A stretch of 64,000 nt of DNA from the NCBI GenBank assembly GCA_964016885.1, contig OZ024744.1, positions 29,450,001 to 29,514,000 of the forward strand. Reading direction: 5' to 3'. Source of the stretch: Eledone cirrhosa (lineage: Eukaryota). Position numbers and translations under genes: made by a program. This document shows positions 48,811 through 62,439 of the stretch, one piece after another. Positions within the stretch are counted from its first letter, which is position 1, and each line of letters opens with the position of its first letter. The notes below the pieces were generated by a model. The model was not told the DNA's origin and searched no databases. It saw nothing but the letters and a program-made list of their open reading frames with translations.

Positions 48811-51422
48811 ATGAATAAACTCACCACTCTGGCATCACTGAAGGACATCCCATTACCGGATAAAAGAGAATACACCAGGAATCTCACTAAGAGTACTGAC
48901 TCCCTAATACGCAGGATGAGGTGGAGGGCTTACCACTTTGATAGAGGAAACCCCAATATTAATAACCAAAAATCCATGGAGTGCCTCTTCAGATCAAGAA
49001 GAAACCCTCCCCACAACAGAACTATTGGAAGATTTTGAGAACGAAATGATTGGCATCATTTCCAACATCAAATTTTCCGACCAACCATACCGGGGTCGAG
49101 AGTACCTTAGATGTCTGGAAAATGGAATTACCGAGCTTAAGGAATCTACAGGAATACTCGTCCATGCCGACAAAACCAACAACCTTTACAGCATGGACGT
49201 TCAACTTTACCATCAGCTAATCCTCATGGAATTGAGAGAAAGCAACAAATAAACGCCAGAGGCTACCCTGGAGGATATCAACATCAAGGCTTATGAGATC
49301 GTATCTGGTCTTGGTATAGATGATAGGACGGCCCTATACCAACCTAGGGAGCCGAGGATTACCATTAAGGACCACAAACTAAACTTCGAGTCTAACCTGC
49401 CGGTCAGACATGGGGGTTATTAGCAAACGCATTTTAGATAGGATCCTGCCGACACTTAAGAGTAAAATAAGGTTACAACTCTGGTCCTGCACCAGCCAGG
49501 TGCTGGACTGGTTTACATTTTTACCTGAAAAACATAGGACTAGCTTCATACAGCTAGACATCAACAATTACTACTCCTCTATCTCGCCCATAGTCCTAAA
49601 CAAGGCACTCATATTCGCGATGAGTAGGACAGACCTAACACGCGACGAGGTTCGAATCATACACGCCGCCAGAAAGACTCTGATCCGATTCGGTGGGGAC
49701 CTGGAGCGATTGGCCAAATCATTTTGACCTTACAATGGGCTCCAGTGACTCCGCGCAGATAACGGACTTGGTTGGGATATACATACTCTACAAGATCAGG
49801 AGAGAAATACCCAACCTGGGTGGCGGCTGTACCGAGACGACGCACTCTTCACCGTAGTGGACCACAGCACCACAATGGTCGAAAGTATGAAGAGGAGAAT
49901 TAGGCACTTCTTTAGCAAGGTAGGACTTAAGGTAGAAATGGAACCTAATAGAAAAGTAGTGAATTTCCTGGACACCACTCTCAACCTCAACACAAAGCTA
50001 CACCAGCCATATCATAAACCCAATGAGAAGCTGGTGTATATCAACGCTGAGTCTAATCACCCTAGATCTATAGTTAAGGCCGTAGTTAAGTGTCTCTGAT
50101 AGGATCTCTAACTTGTCGGCCAATAAAGAGATCTTCAATAGTAACGCTTATTACTATAACTCAGCTCTAGCTAAGGCGTCCCACAGCGATAGGATCAGCT
50201 ATAACCCTAAGGGATATGATCGAGATGACCCATGGGTACCCCGTACCAATACCCTCAGGGGCATGAGTCGCCCACCTAATACCTCGGTGAACAGTAGTAA
50301 CACTCCCAGACCCCTATCCGTCACAACCCCGGTAGAAGGTCCCGCATACCCCACCGGTCTAATACCTACAACGTTCAAGACCACTGTGCCGCGGAGCATA
50401 GGCACCCCTGCAACGGCCCCACCACCCGCCGAATCCTAATTGAGCAGGGAGGCCGCACCTCGCAGGTTTATAGCCCCACGATGGGCCCATATAACCCTCA
50501 TGATAGTGACCGCTCCGCACACCCGAGTGACACCAACCGAGTTCGACCTGAGCAGTGCACAACCACGCGATGGACCACGGTGGACACCCAACAACCCCGC
50601 AAGAATATGACCAGGAAGGTCACATGGTATAACCCTCCGTACTCGGTGAGCCTACGTACCAGCCTGGCGAGAACATTCTTTAGAGTACTGGATAAATGTT
50701 TCCCTAGGGCCCACAAGTACCATAAAATATTCAACAGGCACACGGTGAAACTCTCCTACTCAACCACACGCTCCGTAGCCCAGCACATAGCTGGCATAAA
50801 TAGGAATAGGCTCACTGCCTCTAATACCACCGTAAACCCCGGAGCCACCCAACAGAACCAGCACGCGGGACGCAACGGAACCCGGACAGGTCCAACTAGC
50901 ACACCGGAACCCAACGACTCTGTGCTGATTGCGGAGGCTACCCAGCCAACCCCGAGTGATGGTAACCACGCGGTACATGTGGTGAGGCTTAAGAAGTCAT
51001 GTAATTGCAGAGTCCCATCACTATGCCCCCTTAGTAATGAATGCGTGACGAAAAACGTGGTCTATAGGTGCAAGGTCACAACCCCTAACTCGGAGCACCA
51101 CTACATAGGATCCACAGCGACGAGCTTCAAAGATTGGTGGTATAACCATCGCCATTCCTTTAACAGAATAGATAAGAGGAAATGTACGACCCTTTCTGAA
51201 TTGATCTGGAAACTCAAACTTGAAAAGACCCCGCACTCTCTGGTCTAGTCCGTGGTTAGAAAGGTTCCCCCAGACAGAGGCGGGTCTGGTATTTGCAACC
51301 TCTGTCTTAGTGAGACACTCGAGATTCTTCATGGCGGAACCAAGCTATTAAACAGAAGGGCCGACTTATTCGGTGCCTGCAGACACCTAAGGACGGGAAC
51401 TTTCCTCAAGCTATATGGATAA
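48811..51422 (+). pseudogene. PLE polyprotein (reverse transcriptase plus GIY-YIG endonuclease), disrupted by frameshifts and stops
   Basis: IRRMRWRA, ADKTNNLY, IKDHK, QLDINNYY, FDLTMGS, LYRDDAL (49830), NFLDTTL, SNHP, WYNPPYS, CNCRxxxxCPL, VVYRC..YIGST, CNLCL, CRH; terminal TAA at 51420-51422. Confidence 0.93.
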
Positions 51423-52187
51423 ACCCCGGTTACAGCCTCCCACAAGCCCACCCCCCCTGTATGTCCCCTACACCCCGTACCAATGACCAATGGACAACAA
51501 CAACCACCCATAGTTTGTGGTCCCTATGGTGGATGGTCCACCGGATCCTCTACCGGTTAGGGGTCATCTAAACCACGTTTTATTGAACCTGATTTTATAT
51601 ATATATGTATATATATGTCATGTGTATATGTATATATATATTATGTGTATATATGTGTATTTTATATATATTTATGTATGTGTATGTATATATTTTATAT
51701 GTATGTGTATGTGTATGTGTATTTTATATATATATATATGTATGTATGGTTTATGTGTGTATGTATATTGTGTATGTGTGTATTTTATGTATATATATAT
51801 TTTTTATATTTTTGTACGTATATATATGTATTTTATATATATATATGTATACTTGTGCGTACGGGTATGCATACATATGTATATATACACACCTATATGG
51901 ATTTGTGTGTGTAGACGTGTGAGTGTCTGAGGGGGTAGGTGTGAGTGTATGTACAAGTCAAGCAGCATAAACCTTTTATTTCTAAATTTTCTAAACTATC
52001 TAAGTATTGGACTCTAACCATTATATTAAGTATTACCACCCCACATTTTGTATGTGTGGATGTGTGTGTGTGTCTGTGGAGGTGGGTGTGAGTGTACGTG
52101 CAAGCCAACCTACATAAGTCTTTTTATTTGTAAATGTTCTACTCCAACCATAAATTTTCAGTAGCACCACTCCACATAAATTCCTCA

Positions 52188-52594
52188 ATTTAAGAATAAC
52201 CTGTAGTATCTATTTCATACTATTAACCTTAATTGAATATATATCTGACCAGCAATGCCTTTTGTGAAAATCAGTCATATGGAACTATTGTCATCTTGCC
52301 TGACGGTTTGAACTTTACAAAACCACCTGCCTCTTTGAGGTCAAATACCAACCCTACTACCATCTACAAACTGACCAATGAGAATCAAGACTATTCCTGC
52401 TGACAACATTAAATTATTCCTAACAAGCTCATATGTCCCAAGGCTCTGATACCACCAACACTATAAACACAGAGCTGGCATATCTAAGAACTGACTAACT
52501 GCCTGATGGGGTCATAGCCATTCAATGGCTATCATCGAAATATATATAGCAGTAAATAAAAGATTATGAGTTCATGCAATTAACTTATGTTTCG

Positions 52595-52597
<3 letters not shown>
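52188..52597 (+). repeat. 3' pLTR
   Basis: Direct repeat of 48256-48665. Confidence 0.95.
52498..52553 (+). ncRNA. Hammerhead copy with core substitution (CTGATGG)
   Basis: Same fold as 48566-48621 but the conserved A9 is G. Confidence 0.8.
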
Positions 52598-52638
<41 letters not shown>

Positions 52639-52766
52639 AAAGTTCTATTTAAAATTGTTGGGATACAACAAGTAAATATTTTTATAACTCATATAAAGCA
52701 CTCGACAAGTATTTGGAGTAGATATACGATATTAATAAATGGAAACTATATTTATAAAACCATATT

Positions 52767-52831
52767 TATTTCATTATACATATTTCAGGGATACCAAATT
52801 AAATTATGGTATGCCTTCATCAGACAAAATA
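52767..52831 (-). ncRNA. Type I hammerhead (family B), inverted-arm copy
   Basis: Reverse complement of 57029-57093. Confidence 0.8.
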
Positions 52832-54299
52832 CAATATATAACAGTTTTACAAATAAGCTTTGACGTACCCTATTAAAATGCAACCATTGTTTTTGGAAGT
52901 CATCCGGATAGTGATTTGTTTATATTATTTTAATAAGTCATAGTGTTAAGGACACTTAGAAAAAAGACGGAGAGAAAGAAAAAACGTGGAGAAATATCGG
53001 AGAGAGAGATGCATGGAGAAAAAAGGAAAGAGATAAGTAAAGATAGGAGGAAAGGAAGAAAGAAGAAAAAAGGAAGAAATAAGAAAAACAGAGGAAAGCA
53101 ACAGAGAGATATTAAGTCAGCAGGCAGATAGAAAAACTCAAGAGAGAGAAATGTTATATAGAGAGAGAGGGAGATTATGAAAACTTTCCGTCATGTCATG
53201 TTAAGTTGAGTTAATAATTCATATGAAATGAATAATAAAGATATAAATATTAATATTCATGAATGGGACATAGATATATAATATGAGAAATTAAACATTG
53301 TTTAATAATGACTATATGTTTAGTTTAAACCTTGAGATCAATATACCAAAATTTGGGTTTAATCTCCAAAATGTACACATTGCTAGAGAAATCAGTATCT
53401 CAGGCAAACAAATATATATATATATATATATACACGCACGTCCTGAAAATAGAAATTATATTTACTCAAGTCAACAATATAGACATATAAAGCGCAGACG
53501 ATTTCTCATAATCACTGCTATACATTCCTTGTGTTATAAAAAGTTCACAGTATATATACACATAAATATATACGATTAACATTCATGACTTCATATATAT
53601 GATTACCATTCATGCATTTAACGTTTCTGCAATCCAAACTGCGTGGTTATGCAACATAAGTTTTACCCACACATATACATACATACACACACATACATAT
53701 ACACCTATATATGTATAAGTAAATATCTGCGTGTATAGCTCATGTATACATACAGACATATATACAATCACAAAAAACCTATAACACTTTTATATGCATG
53801 TTAATACATATACTTTTGTATAGAGATAATCAAATATCAATATATTACTAAGGATTATACTTTGGAAATATAATTATACCAATATAAATTTAAAATACCA
53901 AAGGATTATATTTTGGAAATACAACTATATCAATATAGTCAAAAGGACAAACGAATTCTAGAAATGTCAAAGCATTAAATATCTTTAAAACACTATAGAG
54001 TATCTTAAGTTAAAATAATGTTTCATATATTTAGTATAGAAAATTATCCTACTTATATTTCAATCAAGATATTGAAAGGGTAGACTTATGAGAATTATGA
54101 GAAGCTATCAGAATCAAAGCAAAACTAATAAAAACAAATACAAATAAAATAAAATAAAAGTTAAATAAATATTATATCAATATAATTTAAACATTTTTTA
54201 ATTTAAAGATCTAAAAATTTCAAAAAATTTTCAAAAAGAATTTAAGAAATTTTTAAAATTCAAAAATTTAAAAGATTTAAAAAACCAAGGATTCTACAG

Positions 54300-55334
54300 A
54301 TAACACTAAATCTCAACACATGTCTTCATTATCCATTTCACAAACTAAATGAGAACTTGAATTATGTTAATTTTAACTCTAATCACCCCAGATCTGTTAA
54401 AAATACTATAGTGAACTCTGTTCAAGAAAGAATTTCAAGAATTTTATCTAATAAAAATATATTTGATGAAAAGGCGCAGTATTACAACGAAGCGTTAGGT
54501 AGAGCTGGATATAGAAATGAAATTAAATACATTGATAATAATAATAATAAGCAAACTAACCAAAATAATAACAATTTTAATTATGGTAACAACTTTAGCA
54601 ACTATAATAGAAAACATTACAATAATTCCAAAAGCCGAAAAAGAAATAGAACTAAAAACATATTATGGTTTGCTCCCCCTTTCTCACTAAATATTAAAAC
54701 CCCTATTGCTAAACTATTCTTTAAAGCTCTTGACAAACGCTTCCTTAGAACACATAAATATTACTCAATATTTAATAGACACACTATAAAATTAACTTAC
54801 TCGTCCACCAAAAATTTAGCACAAAATATTAATAGAATAAATAATAGAAATTTAAAACCTAACCAAAATACCAATAATAACCCAAGCAATATTCAATTGA
54901 ATAACTGTAACTGTAGAAATAAATCTAACTGTCCGTTAAATAACAACTGCTTAGCTAAAAATGTAGTGTACAATTGTAATGTTAAAACTAATTTAAATTC
55001 GTTTAACTATGTTGGTTCTACCTCGACTGAATTTAAATTTCGCTTCAATAATCATAAAAATTCTTTCACAGATCCAAACAAAAAATCTTCAACTTCGCTA
55101 TTTAGCCTACTATGGGACCTAAAACGAGATAATGTTAAATATTCGATGACTTCGAATATTATTTCATAAGCCACTCCTTTTAATTCCTCTTCAGAAAATT
55201 GTGATCTTTGTATTGAAGAAATATTCTTTATATTAAAGTCCAAAAATTCCCTTAATTTAAGGAACAATTTATTCAGTTGCTGCAGACATAGATTGAACTC
55301 AACGTTTAAATATAAATATAAATTTAAAATGTAG
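54300..55334 (+). pseudogene. Naiad-type RT thumb plus GIY-YIG fragment (in-frame TAA at 55167)
   Basis: ITLNLN..SNHPRS..WFAPPFS..IFNRHTIKLTYS..CNCRNKSNCPLNNNC..VVYNC..YVGST..*ATPF..CDLCIEE..CCRH..KM*. Confidence 0.92.
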
Positions 55335-56393
55335 TATAATTAATTATGTAATTTAGTTAATATATATAACCTGTCGATAAATCGTTAGATTCCTTCACCT
55401 TTTTCTTTTTAAACTTTCTTCCTAAATATAAACATAGATATAATAAACTACTTTAAAATGTCTATACTTACAATATCTTAAATAAAATATACGTAGGATA
55501 AATTTCTATACTAAATATAAGAATATCTGTAGAATCCTTGGTTTTTTAAATCTTTTAAATTTTTGAATTTTAAAAATTTCTTAAATTCTTTTTGAAAATT
55601 TTTTGAAATTTTTAGATCTTTAAATTAAAAAAAATTTAAATTATATTGATATAATATTTATTTAACTTTTATTTTATTTCATTTGTATTTGTTTTTATTA
55701 GTTTTGCTTTGATTCTGATAGCTTCTCATAATTCTCATAAGCCTACCCTTTCAATATCTTGATTGAAATATAAGTAGGATAATTTTCTATACTAAATATA
55801 TGAAACATATTATTTTAACTTAAGATACTCTATAGTGTTTTAAAGATATTTAATGCTTTGACATTTCTAGAATTCGTTTGTCCTTTTGACTATATTGATA
55901 TAGTTGTATTTCCAAAATATAATCCTTTGGTATTTTAAATTTATATTGGTATAATTATATTTCCAAAGTATAATCCTTAGTAATATATTGATATTTGATT
56001 ATTTCTATACAAAAGTATATGTATTAACATGCATATAAAAGTGTTATAGGTTTTTTTGTGATTGTATATATGTCTGTATGTATACATGAGCGATACACGC
56101 AGATATTTACTTATACATATATAGGTGTATATGTATATGTGTGTATGTATGTATATGTGTGGGTAAAACTTATGTTGCATAACCACGCAGTTTGGATTGC
56201 AGAAATGTTAAATGCATGAATGGTAATCATATATATGAAGTCATGAATGTTAATCGTATATATTTATGTGTATATATACTGTGAACTTTTTATAACACAA
56301 GGAATGTATAGCAGTGATTATGAGAAATCGTCTGCGCTTTATATGTCTATATTGTTGACTTGAGTAAATATAATTTCTATTTTCAGGACATGC

Positions 56394-56452
<59 letters not shown>

Positions 56453-57028
56453 TGCCTGAGATACTGATTTATCTAGCAATGTGTACATTTTGGAGATTAA
56501 ATCCAAATTTTGGTATATTGATCTCAAGGTTTAAACTAAACATATAGTCATTATTAAACAATGTTTAATTTCTCATATTATATATCTATGTCCCATTCAT
56601 GAATATTAATATTTATATTTTTATTATTCATTTCATATGAATTGTTAACTCAACTTAACATGACATGACCGAAAGTTTTCATAATCTCCCTCTCTCTATA
56701 TATAACATTTCTCTCTCTTGAGTTTTTCTATCTGTCTGTTGACTTAATATCTCTCTGTTGCTTTCCTCTGTTTTTCTTATTTCTTCCTTTTTTCTTCTTT
56801 CTTCCTTTCCTCCTGTCTTTACTTATCTCTTTCTTTTTTTCTCCACGCATCTCTCTATCTCCGATATTTCTCCACGTTTTTTCTTTCTCTCCGTCTTTTT
56901 CTAATTGTCCTTAACACTATGACTTATTAAAATAATATAAACAAATTACTATCCGGATGACTTCCCAAAACAATGGTTGCGTTTTAATAGGGTACGTCAA
57001 AGCTTATTTGTAAAACTGTTATATATTG

Positions 57029-57093
57029 TATTTTGTCTGATGAAGGCATACCATAATTTAATTTGGTGTCCCTGAAATATGTATAATGAAATA
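57029..57093 (+). ncRNA. Type I hammerhead (family B), intact core
   Basis: TATTTTGT-CTGATGA-AGGcATACCA..TGGTGTcCCT-GAAA-TATGTATA-ATGAAATA, overlapping AATAAA. Confidence 0.82.
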
Positions 57094-57593
57094 AATATGG
57101 TTTTATAAATATAGTTTCCATTTATTAATATCGTATATATATATATATATGAGGTGAAGCAAAGTTATTTGTTGTTGAAAATAAACAGGACAGAATAGTT
57201 AATGTCGGTTAGATATAAAATTTACTTCACTTCAGTTAGAAAAGGAATATGATTACTACTAATCATAAAAGTACAATGTTGTATGTAAACATTCGTAAAT
57301 GAATACTGTGTTGTTGAAGTTTTATTGAAGATACTTTGTTTTATGTGTTATGCTGAAATAGAAGGTGCCAGGCTATCGTCCGTCATTAATATCACCATAG
57401 AAGTTAAAAGCCAAGTGACCAGGGAAGGTGTCGTCTCTTTTGTAACAGAAAATTCTCTCTCTGTCCTCGTTCCATGACAGCCTATTTATCGAACGCTGGT
57501 TATTTTTTAATCAAAGGTCAATGACCTCCCGCTACGTTCTCTTTCATAGGAATGGTCATGTCAGTGAGAGGAAACGCTGGAACATTTCTTTCG

Positions 57594-57695
<102 letters not shown>

Positions 57696-57696
57696 T

Positions 57697-58135
57697 ACAA
57701 GCAGAGGTACCCGGCGTTTCACGGGTATTAAATAGCAGTTGTGTATATCATTTATGTCAATACTTCAGTGCTACTTTGAAAACTATACTTTTACAAAATC
57801 ATCGGCTTTTTCCAAAAGAGGGTTCCTGCCCCCAGGGGTCCCCTACTCAATATGTGCGAATTTTGAGAGTTCACATTCATCTGTAGAACAAACGTAGCCC
57901 ATGTGTCAAGTTTTGTGAAAATCGGTTGCGAACTCCAGAAGTTATGACGTTTTGTTGCACTGCAGTTCTTCAGCCGACTCCAAGGAAGTGGTTAAAGGGG
58001 GCAAAGGGGTTATCTGCCGGAGGCCCTATAATCAATATCTGGAAAAATGACAGTGCCCATGACCATCCGGAGTACATAAGTAGCCTATGTCTTAAGTTTG
58101 TTGAAAATACTGTAGAAATGCATAAGGTTTATACA
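57697..58135 (-). mobile_element. Helitron-like non-autonomous fragment
   Basis: caagcagaggtacccggcgtttcacggg resembles the 37930 terminus; tgtgtcaagttttgtgaaaatcggtt core; right boundary uncertain. Confidence 0.45.
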
Positions 58136-59454
58136 CGCGCGTGCCCGTGTGTGTGTGTGTGTGTGGGGGGGGGGGGGGCTATGTATTTGTGTGTGCGTAT
58201 GTATGTGTATGTCCGTCGGGGCATACGTATGTACTGGCCTAAATCTTCACTATTTACTTTTACTATTTTAATAACCTCTGTCATTTTCGTTTTCAATTTT
58301 ATTTACATCATTCTTAAACTCCGGGACTGGAAATCATTCTGTTATGTTAAATAGAATATTAGTAAAACGACTCCATTTATATCATAAACTTGGTCTTGTC
58401 TTTGCATGAAATTGTTCTTCTCGCTCCACATAACGATGTATTATCCTCGCTTTTTTTCCCGTTCATTGCCAGAGAACGTCTTCACGAACCAAAATATCGT
58501 CTTCCTGTTTTCGTTCGGTTGGAACGTTTCTCGAAATATTGACTTCTGCGTTCACAGATTACTCTCAGTTCAATTTGAATGGGAAATTGCTGTTTCATCG
58601 ATTTTCTCCGTAACCATGGAAGCTTGTACCCTAAAAGTCGACCCAACGTCTCTTCGGGTCATTCTGCATAACTGTGTAAATTTTCACTGCATTCCACCAA
58701 ACCGCTTCGACGTTTATCTGACTACACCTACTTACTTAAATATACAACGTCCGACCACTTCCAATTTATATAGTAGATATATAAATTATATATTCGGGTG
58801 GCGAGCATGTGTAGTGTGTATATTGATATTATACACCAATATATATGCATGTAGATATGATACATTAAATAAAATCGTAATTGACAATATACACAGAAAT
58901 TGAACGAAGACTATTACACTGTCTTATGTAATCAGTAACGTAATCCATGATACATTTAAAAAAAGACGGTATTATATATAAGCTGCATTAGGAGAAAATT
59001 AGTGACGGAAATATATGCGATATTTTTATAAGTGTTATAATATAACGGGCGCTAACCGGAAGTGTTGACATTTGAAAATGTTAAAGAAGTGAATCTTTAA
59101 ATAAGCTATAAGATATATTTAATCAACAGCCATGAAATTTAGTAGATAAATTATGTAATATTCATTCATTATTTATTCAAAGTAATCCAACTTATTTTAC
59201 AAACGGGGTAAAAAAAATATATTCTGGACGCAGTCCCGCACTCCTCTCTTTATTATAGTTAAGATATGAAGAGAGAAGTTTTTGTGTCGTATAAATAATT
59301 TATTGATTGACCATCTAATTATTTTGATAGGGATAACATTTATCCTTATAGAAACAATATTCTGTTTGATGACACAATGCTGAAGCTGTTGCATTATTGC
59401 ACCAGCTTCTGCAACTCTTGCACTTAATCCAGCCTCCTGCTTTGATATTATTTA

Positions 59455-59655
59455 ACAGCTCATTAGAAGATGATCTTAAACATGTAGTTGATGGGTTTTG
59501 TGCCGAGTGCTGCATTGCTGGAATGAAAATCAGTGCTGCAAAAACTGAGACACTCATACTCTTATGGATGCTGTGCAGTGTACACTACATGTGAATGGAG
59601 TTCCACTGAAGCAGATTGAAGTATCTCGGAGCCATGTTCACGAGAGATGGAAAAC
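59455..59655 (+). pseudogene. RTE-like LINE reverse transcriptase fragment
   Basis: EDDLKHVVDGFCAECCIAGMKISAAKTETL ... LHVNGVPLKQIE ... KYLGAMFTRDGK across frameshifts. Confidence 0.7.
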
Positions 59656-59676
59656 ACATATGATAAAAAAAATAGA

Positions 59677-59818
59677 TTGAAATAGTTTGCCCCAGCATGA
59701 CCACAGATACAATAATATATTGAAATAGATTGTCCCAGTATGGCCACAGATATAATAATATATTGAAATAGATTGCCCCAGTACGGCCACAGCTATAATA
59801 ATATATTGAAACAGTTTG
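59677..59818. repeat. 43-bp tandem repeat, ~3.3 copies
   Basis: ttgaaatagattgtcccagtatggccacagatataataatata starting at 59677, 59720, 59763, 59806. Confidence 0.9.
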
Positions 59819-59822
59819 TTCC

Positions 59823-60352
59823 TGTTGCACAACGAAAGAACTTTGATAGACTATAAATATATACATTTATACCTGTATTTTTAACCGTTGGTCAGTCAAT
59901 GATAAACATTGAGGACCCAATAAATTAATTATGGAGATATAAAAGATACAGAAGCGAAAACCAACCAAACAGGGAGTGTGTTGTTATTATTTATATAGCC
60001 CCTACAAAGATGGTAATAAGACCAGGTCTGGTGTAAGTTGTAGCCCCCCCCCCCCCAAAGATGGTAATAAGACGAGGTCTGGTGTAAGGTGAAGGTGGAT
60101 TGGCAGTATCGGTAGAGGGTCGGACGCCATGCTTTGACGCATAGAGTCACGGTCCTTGCCATTCTGAGTTCAAATCCCGCCAAGGTTAACTTTGTATTTC
60201 ATCCTTACGGGGTCGATAAAATAAAGTACCAGTAATGCACTGGGTAATTGCTGGCCTTGTGCCTAAAGTAGAAACAATTATTTATGGCAATATTACAACA
60301 ATATGATCCTCCCCAAGTATAACAATATTTGTTTCGACACACGATTTCATAT
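59823..60352 (+). mobile_element. Second copy of the pLTR of the 39920-41042 PLE, split by a SINE-containing insert
   Basis: 59823-59990 and 60280-60352 are reverse-complement relatives of ~39942-40185. Confidence 0.75.
60091..60278 (+). mobile_element. tRNA-derived SINE, full length
   Basis: A-box, B-box, core and tail as at 42050. Confidence 0.88.
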
Positions 60353-60402
60353 CACGGTTCAAGTTTTTCCAGGGTATGTCAATATTTATAAAACAAACTT
60401 TG

Positions 60403-60463
60403 TATTTTATCTGATGAGTGCGTACCAAAGTTTTGGTACCCTTGAAATATATATAATAGAATA
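60403..60463 (+). ncRNA. Type I hammerhead (family B variant), intact core
   Basis: TATTTTAT-CTGATGA-gtgcGTACCAAagttTTGGTACcctt-GAAA-TATATATA-ATAGAATA. Confidence 0.78.
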
Positions 60464-60514
60464 AATATGGTTTTATAAATATAGTTTCCATTTATTTAAT
60501 ATCATTGTATATAT

Positions 60515-60827
60515 AAATAGAAAAATGAAACGAAATTTCATTCCTCACTCTTAGTACGGCAGTTACTTAAATATAAGTATGTATACGTACATACATATAT
60601 GTATACAGACGTACAGTAGTATGTATATATACACATACATGTACACATATATATATGTACGTATCGGTTTACCGAACATTTATTATAATGTTCGGTTTCT
60701 TTGTAAACAAACAGCCCGAATTAAGCCGTACAGTGTTTAGCAACCATCGTTGCCCTTTTGTTCAACATTTAAGTAACTGCCGTACTAAGAGTGAGAAATG
60801 AAATTTCGTTTCATTTTTTCTATTTAT
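60515..60827 (-). mobile_element. Family A 3' fragment with inverted terminal copy, nested in a family B pLTR (60390-60985)
   Basis: Reverse complement of ~37647-37888; 60515-60571 is inverted at 60768-60827. Confidence 0.75.
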
Positions 60828-60983
60828 CGTTTGAAATATGTATAATAAAATAAATATGGTTTTATAAATATAGTTTCCATTTGTTAATATATTGTGTATT
60901 TACTCCAATAACCTGTTGAGTGCTTTATATCAGTTATAAAAATATTTTAGCTTGTTGTATCCCAACAAATTAAATATAATCTC

Positions 60984-61086
<103 letters not shown>

Positions 61087-61512
61087 ATATATATAATAGA
61101 AAACGAAAAATCAGTGATGCATCTGAACTCAATTTATTGTGTGTTACAATTGTTTCGCCGGCGGACAATAGAGAGTGCATACTCTCTACGTATTTCATTT
61201 TATAACACCTAATGTATTTTCCGAATACAGACCCACGTGTGTCTCTCATACTTCTCTTGTGTACTTTCTCATATGCATACACGTTCCTTCTTTTTTATAT
61301 ATATATTCTGTACGCATTTTCTATGTACGGTCTGCGCATACTATTTACTGTAATACCATGAACGCCCATTATGTGGCTTTGCGCGAATATTCCATACGTG
61401 GATTGATCTATGTTCGCAACGTAACAACACCTCAGTAGGCACATATAACAAGGTGCACCCTTTCTAACACAATGTGTATCTCTATGTACCGTTATATGTA
61501 TATTTTAATATG

Positions 61513-61698
61513 TCGGTGGATTGGCAGTATCGGTAGAGAGTCGAACACTATGCTTTGAAGCATAGTTACGTCCCTTTATGATCTGAGTTCAAATCCCGCT
61601 GAGGTTAACTTTTCCTTTCATCCTTACGGGGTCGATAAAATAAGGTACCAGTAATGTACTGGTTAATTGCTGGCCTTGTGCCTAAAATAGAAACAGTT
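61513..61698 (+). mobile_element. tRNA-derived SINE, near full length
   Basis: A-box, B-box, core and tail present. Confidence 0.87.
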
Positions 61699-61951
61699 AT
61701 ATGTATATTTTATACTTTTCTATATATATGTATATACGTATATGTATATATATATATATATGCATATACGTATACACATATATATAAAAACGTATAAAAT
61801 ATATTAAAATATACATATAACGGCACACATATATATATATATGTGTGTATGTGTATGTATTTTTTTCTTCTATGTATGTACACGTTTATAACAAGATGTA
61901 TCCTTTCATGTATAACCCATTGTGTATCTTTATATGACTTTGTGTGTATAT

Positions 61952-62011
<60 letters not shown>

Positions 62012-62040
62012 AAAGAATAGAGGTGTAACACACAAGTTAT

Positions 62041-62439
62041 TATATATTGGTAAACGGAATAGAAAATGCTGACAAATTGTTCACAGTTGAAAAATGGTTT
62101 AATTAGGAATAAAAGAGTATTAGTGATTGTATGGGTTAGTATACAGTTGTGGTTTTAAGTTTTTAAGTTTTTACCGGTTGCGCATTTCTAAATGCTTTTC
62201 AAAAATAATTTTGAGATAGAGTGTCCGTGCTGTTTGCTCTGATCTGAGCAGAGCAAACAACACGGACACTCTATCTCAAAATTATTTTTGAAAAGCATTT
62301 AGAAATGCGCAACCGGTAAAGACTTAAAAACTTAAAACCACAACTGAATACTAACCCATACAATCACTAATACTCTTTTATTCCTAATTAAACCATTTTT
62401 CAACTGTGAACAATTTGTCAGCATTTTCTATTCTGTTTA

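Larger units (their letters stand above)
52636..57138 (+). mobile_element. 5'-truncated Naiad-type PLE with long inverted repeats (foldback)
   Basis: Arms 52722-54302 and 55524-57138 are reverse complements; the 1.2-kb spacer holds the RT thumb and endonuclease. Confidence 0.9.

Noticed and set aside
48811-55334. Selenocysteine-encoding Naiad (known in this clade)
   Set aside because: The conserved Cys codons are TGT/TGC. The internal stops are TAA/TAG, and the TGA at 50097 results from a frameshift (..SVSDRISNL). No convincing SECIS was seen by eye.
59677-59818. CRISPR-like array (ATTGAAA motif at regular spacing)
   Set aside because: Whole 43-bp units repeat with no unique spacers; no cas genes; eukaryotic context.
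61136-61236. Further minus-strand hammerhead (GAAAC-AATT-GTA-ACACAC-AATAAA)
   Set aside because: The 3' half is convincing but the 5' core reads CTGTATT rather than CTGANGA; at most a relic.
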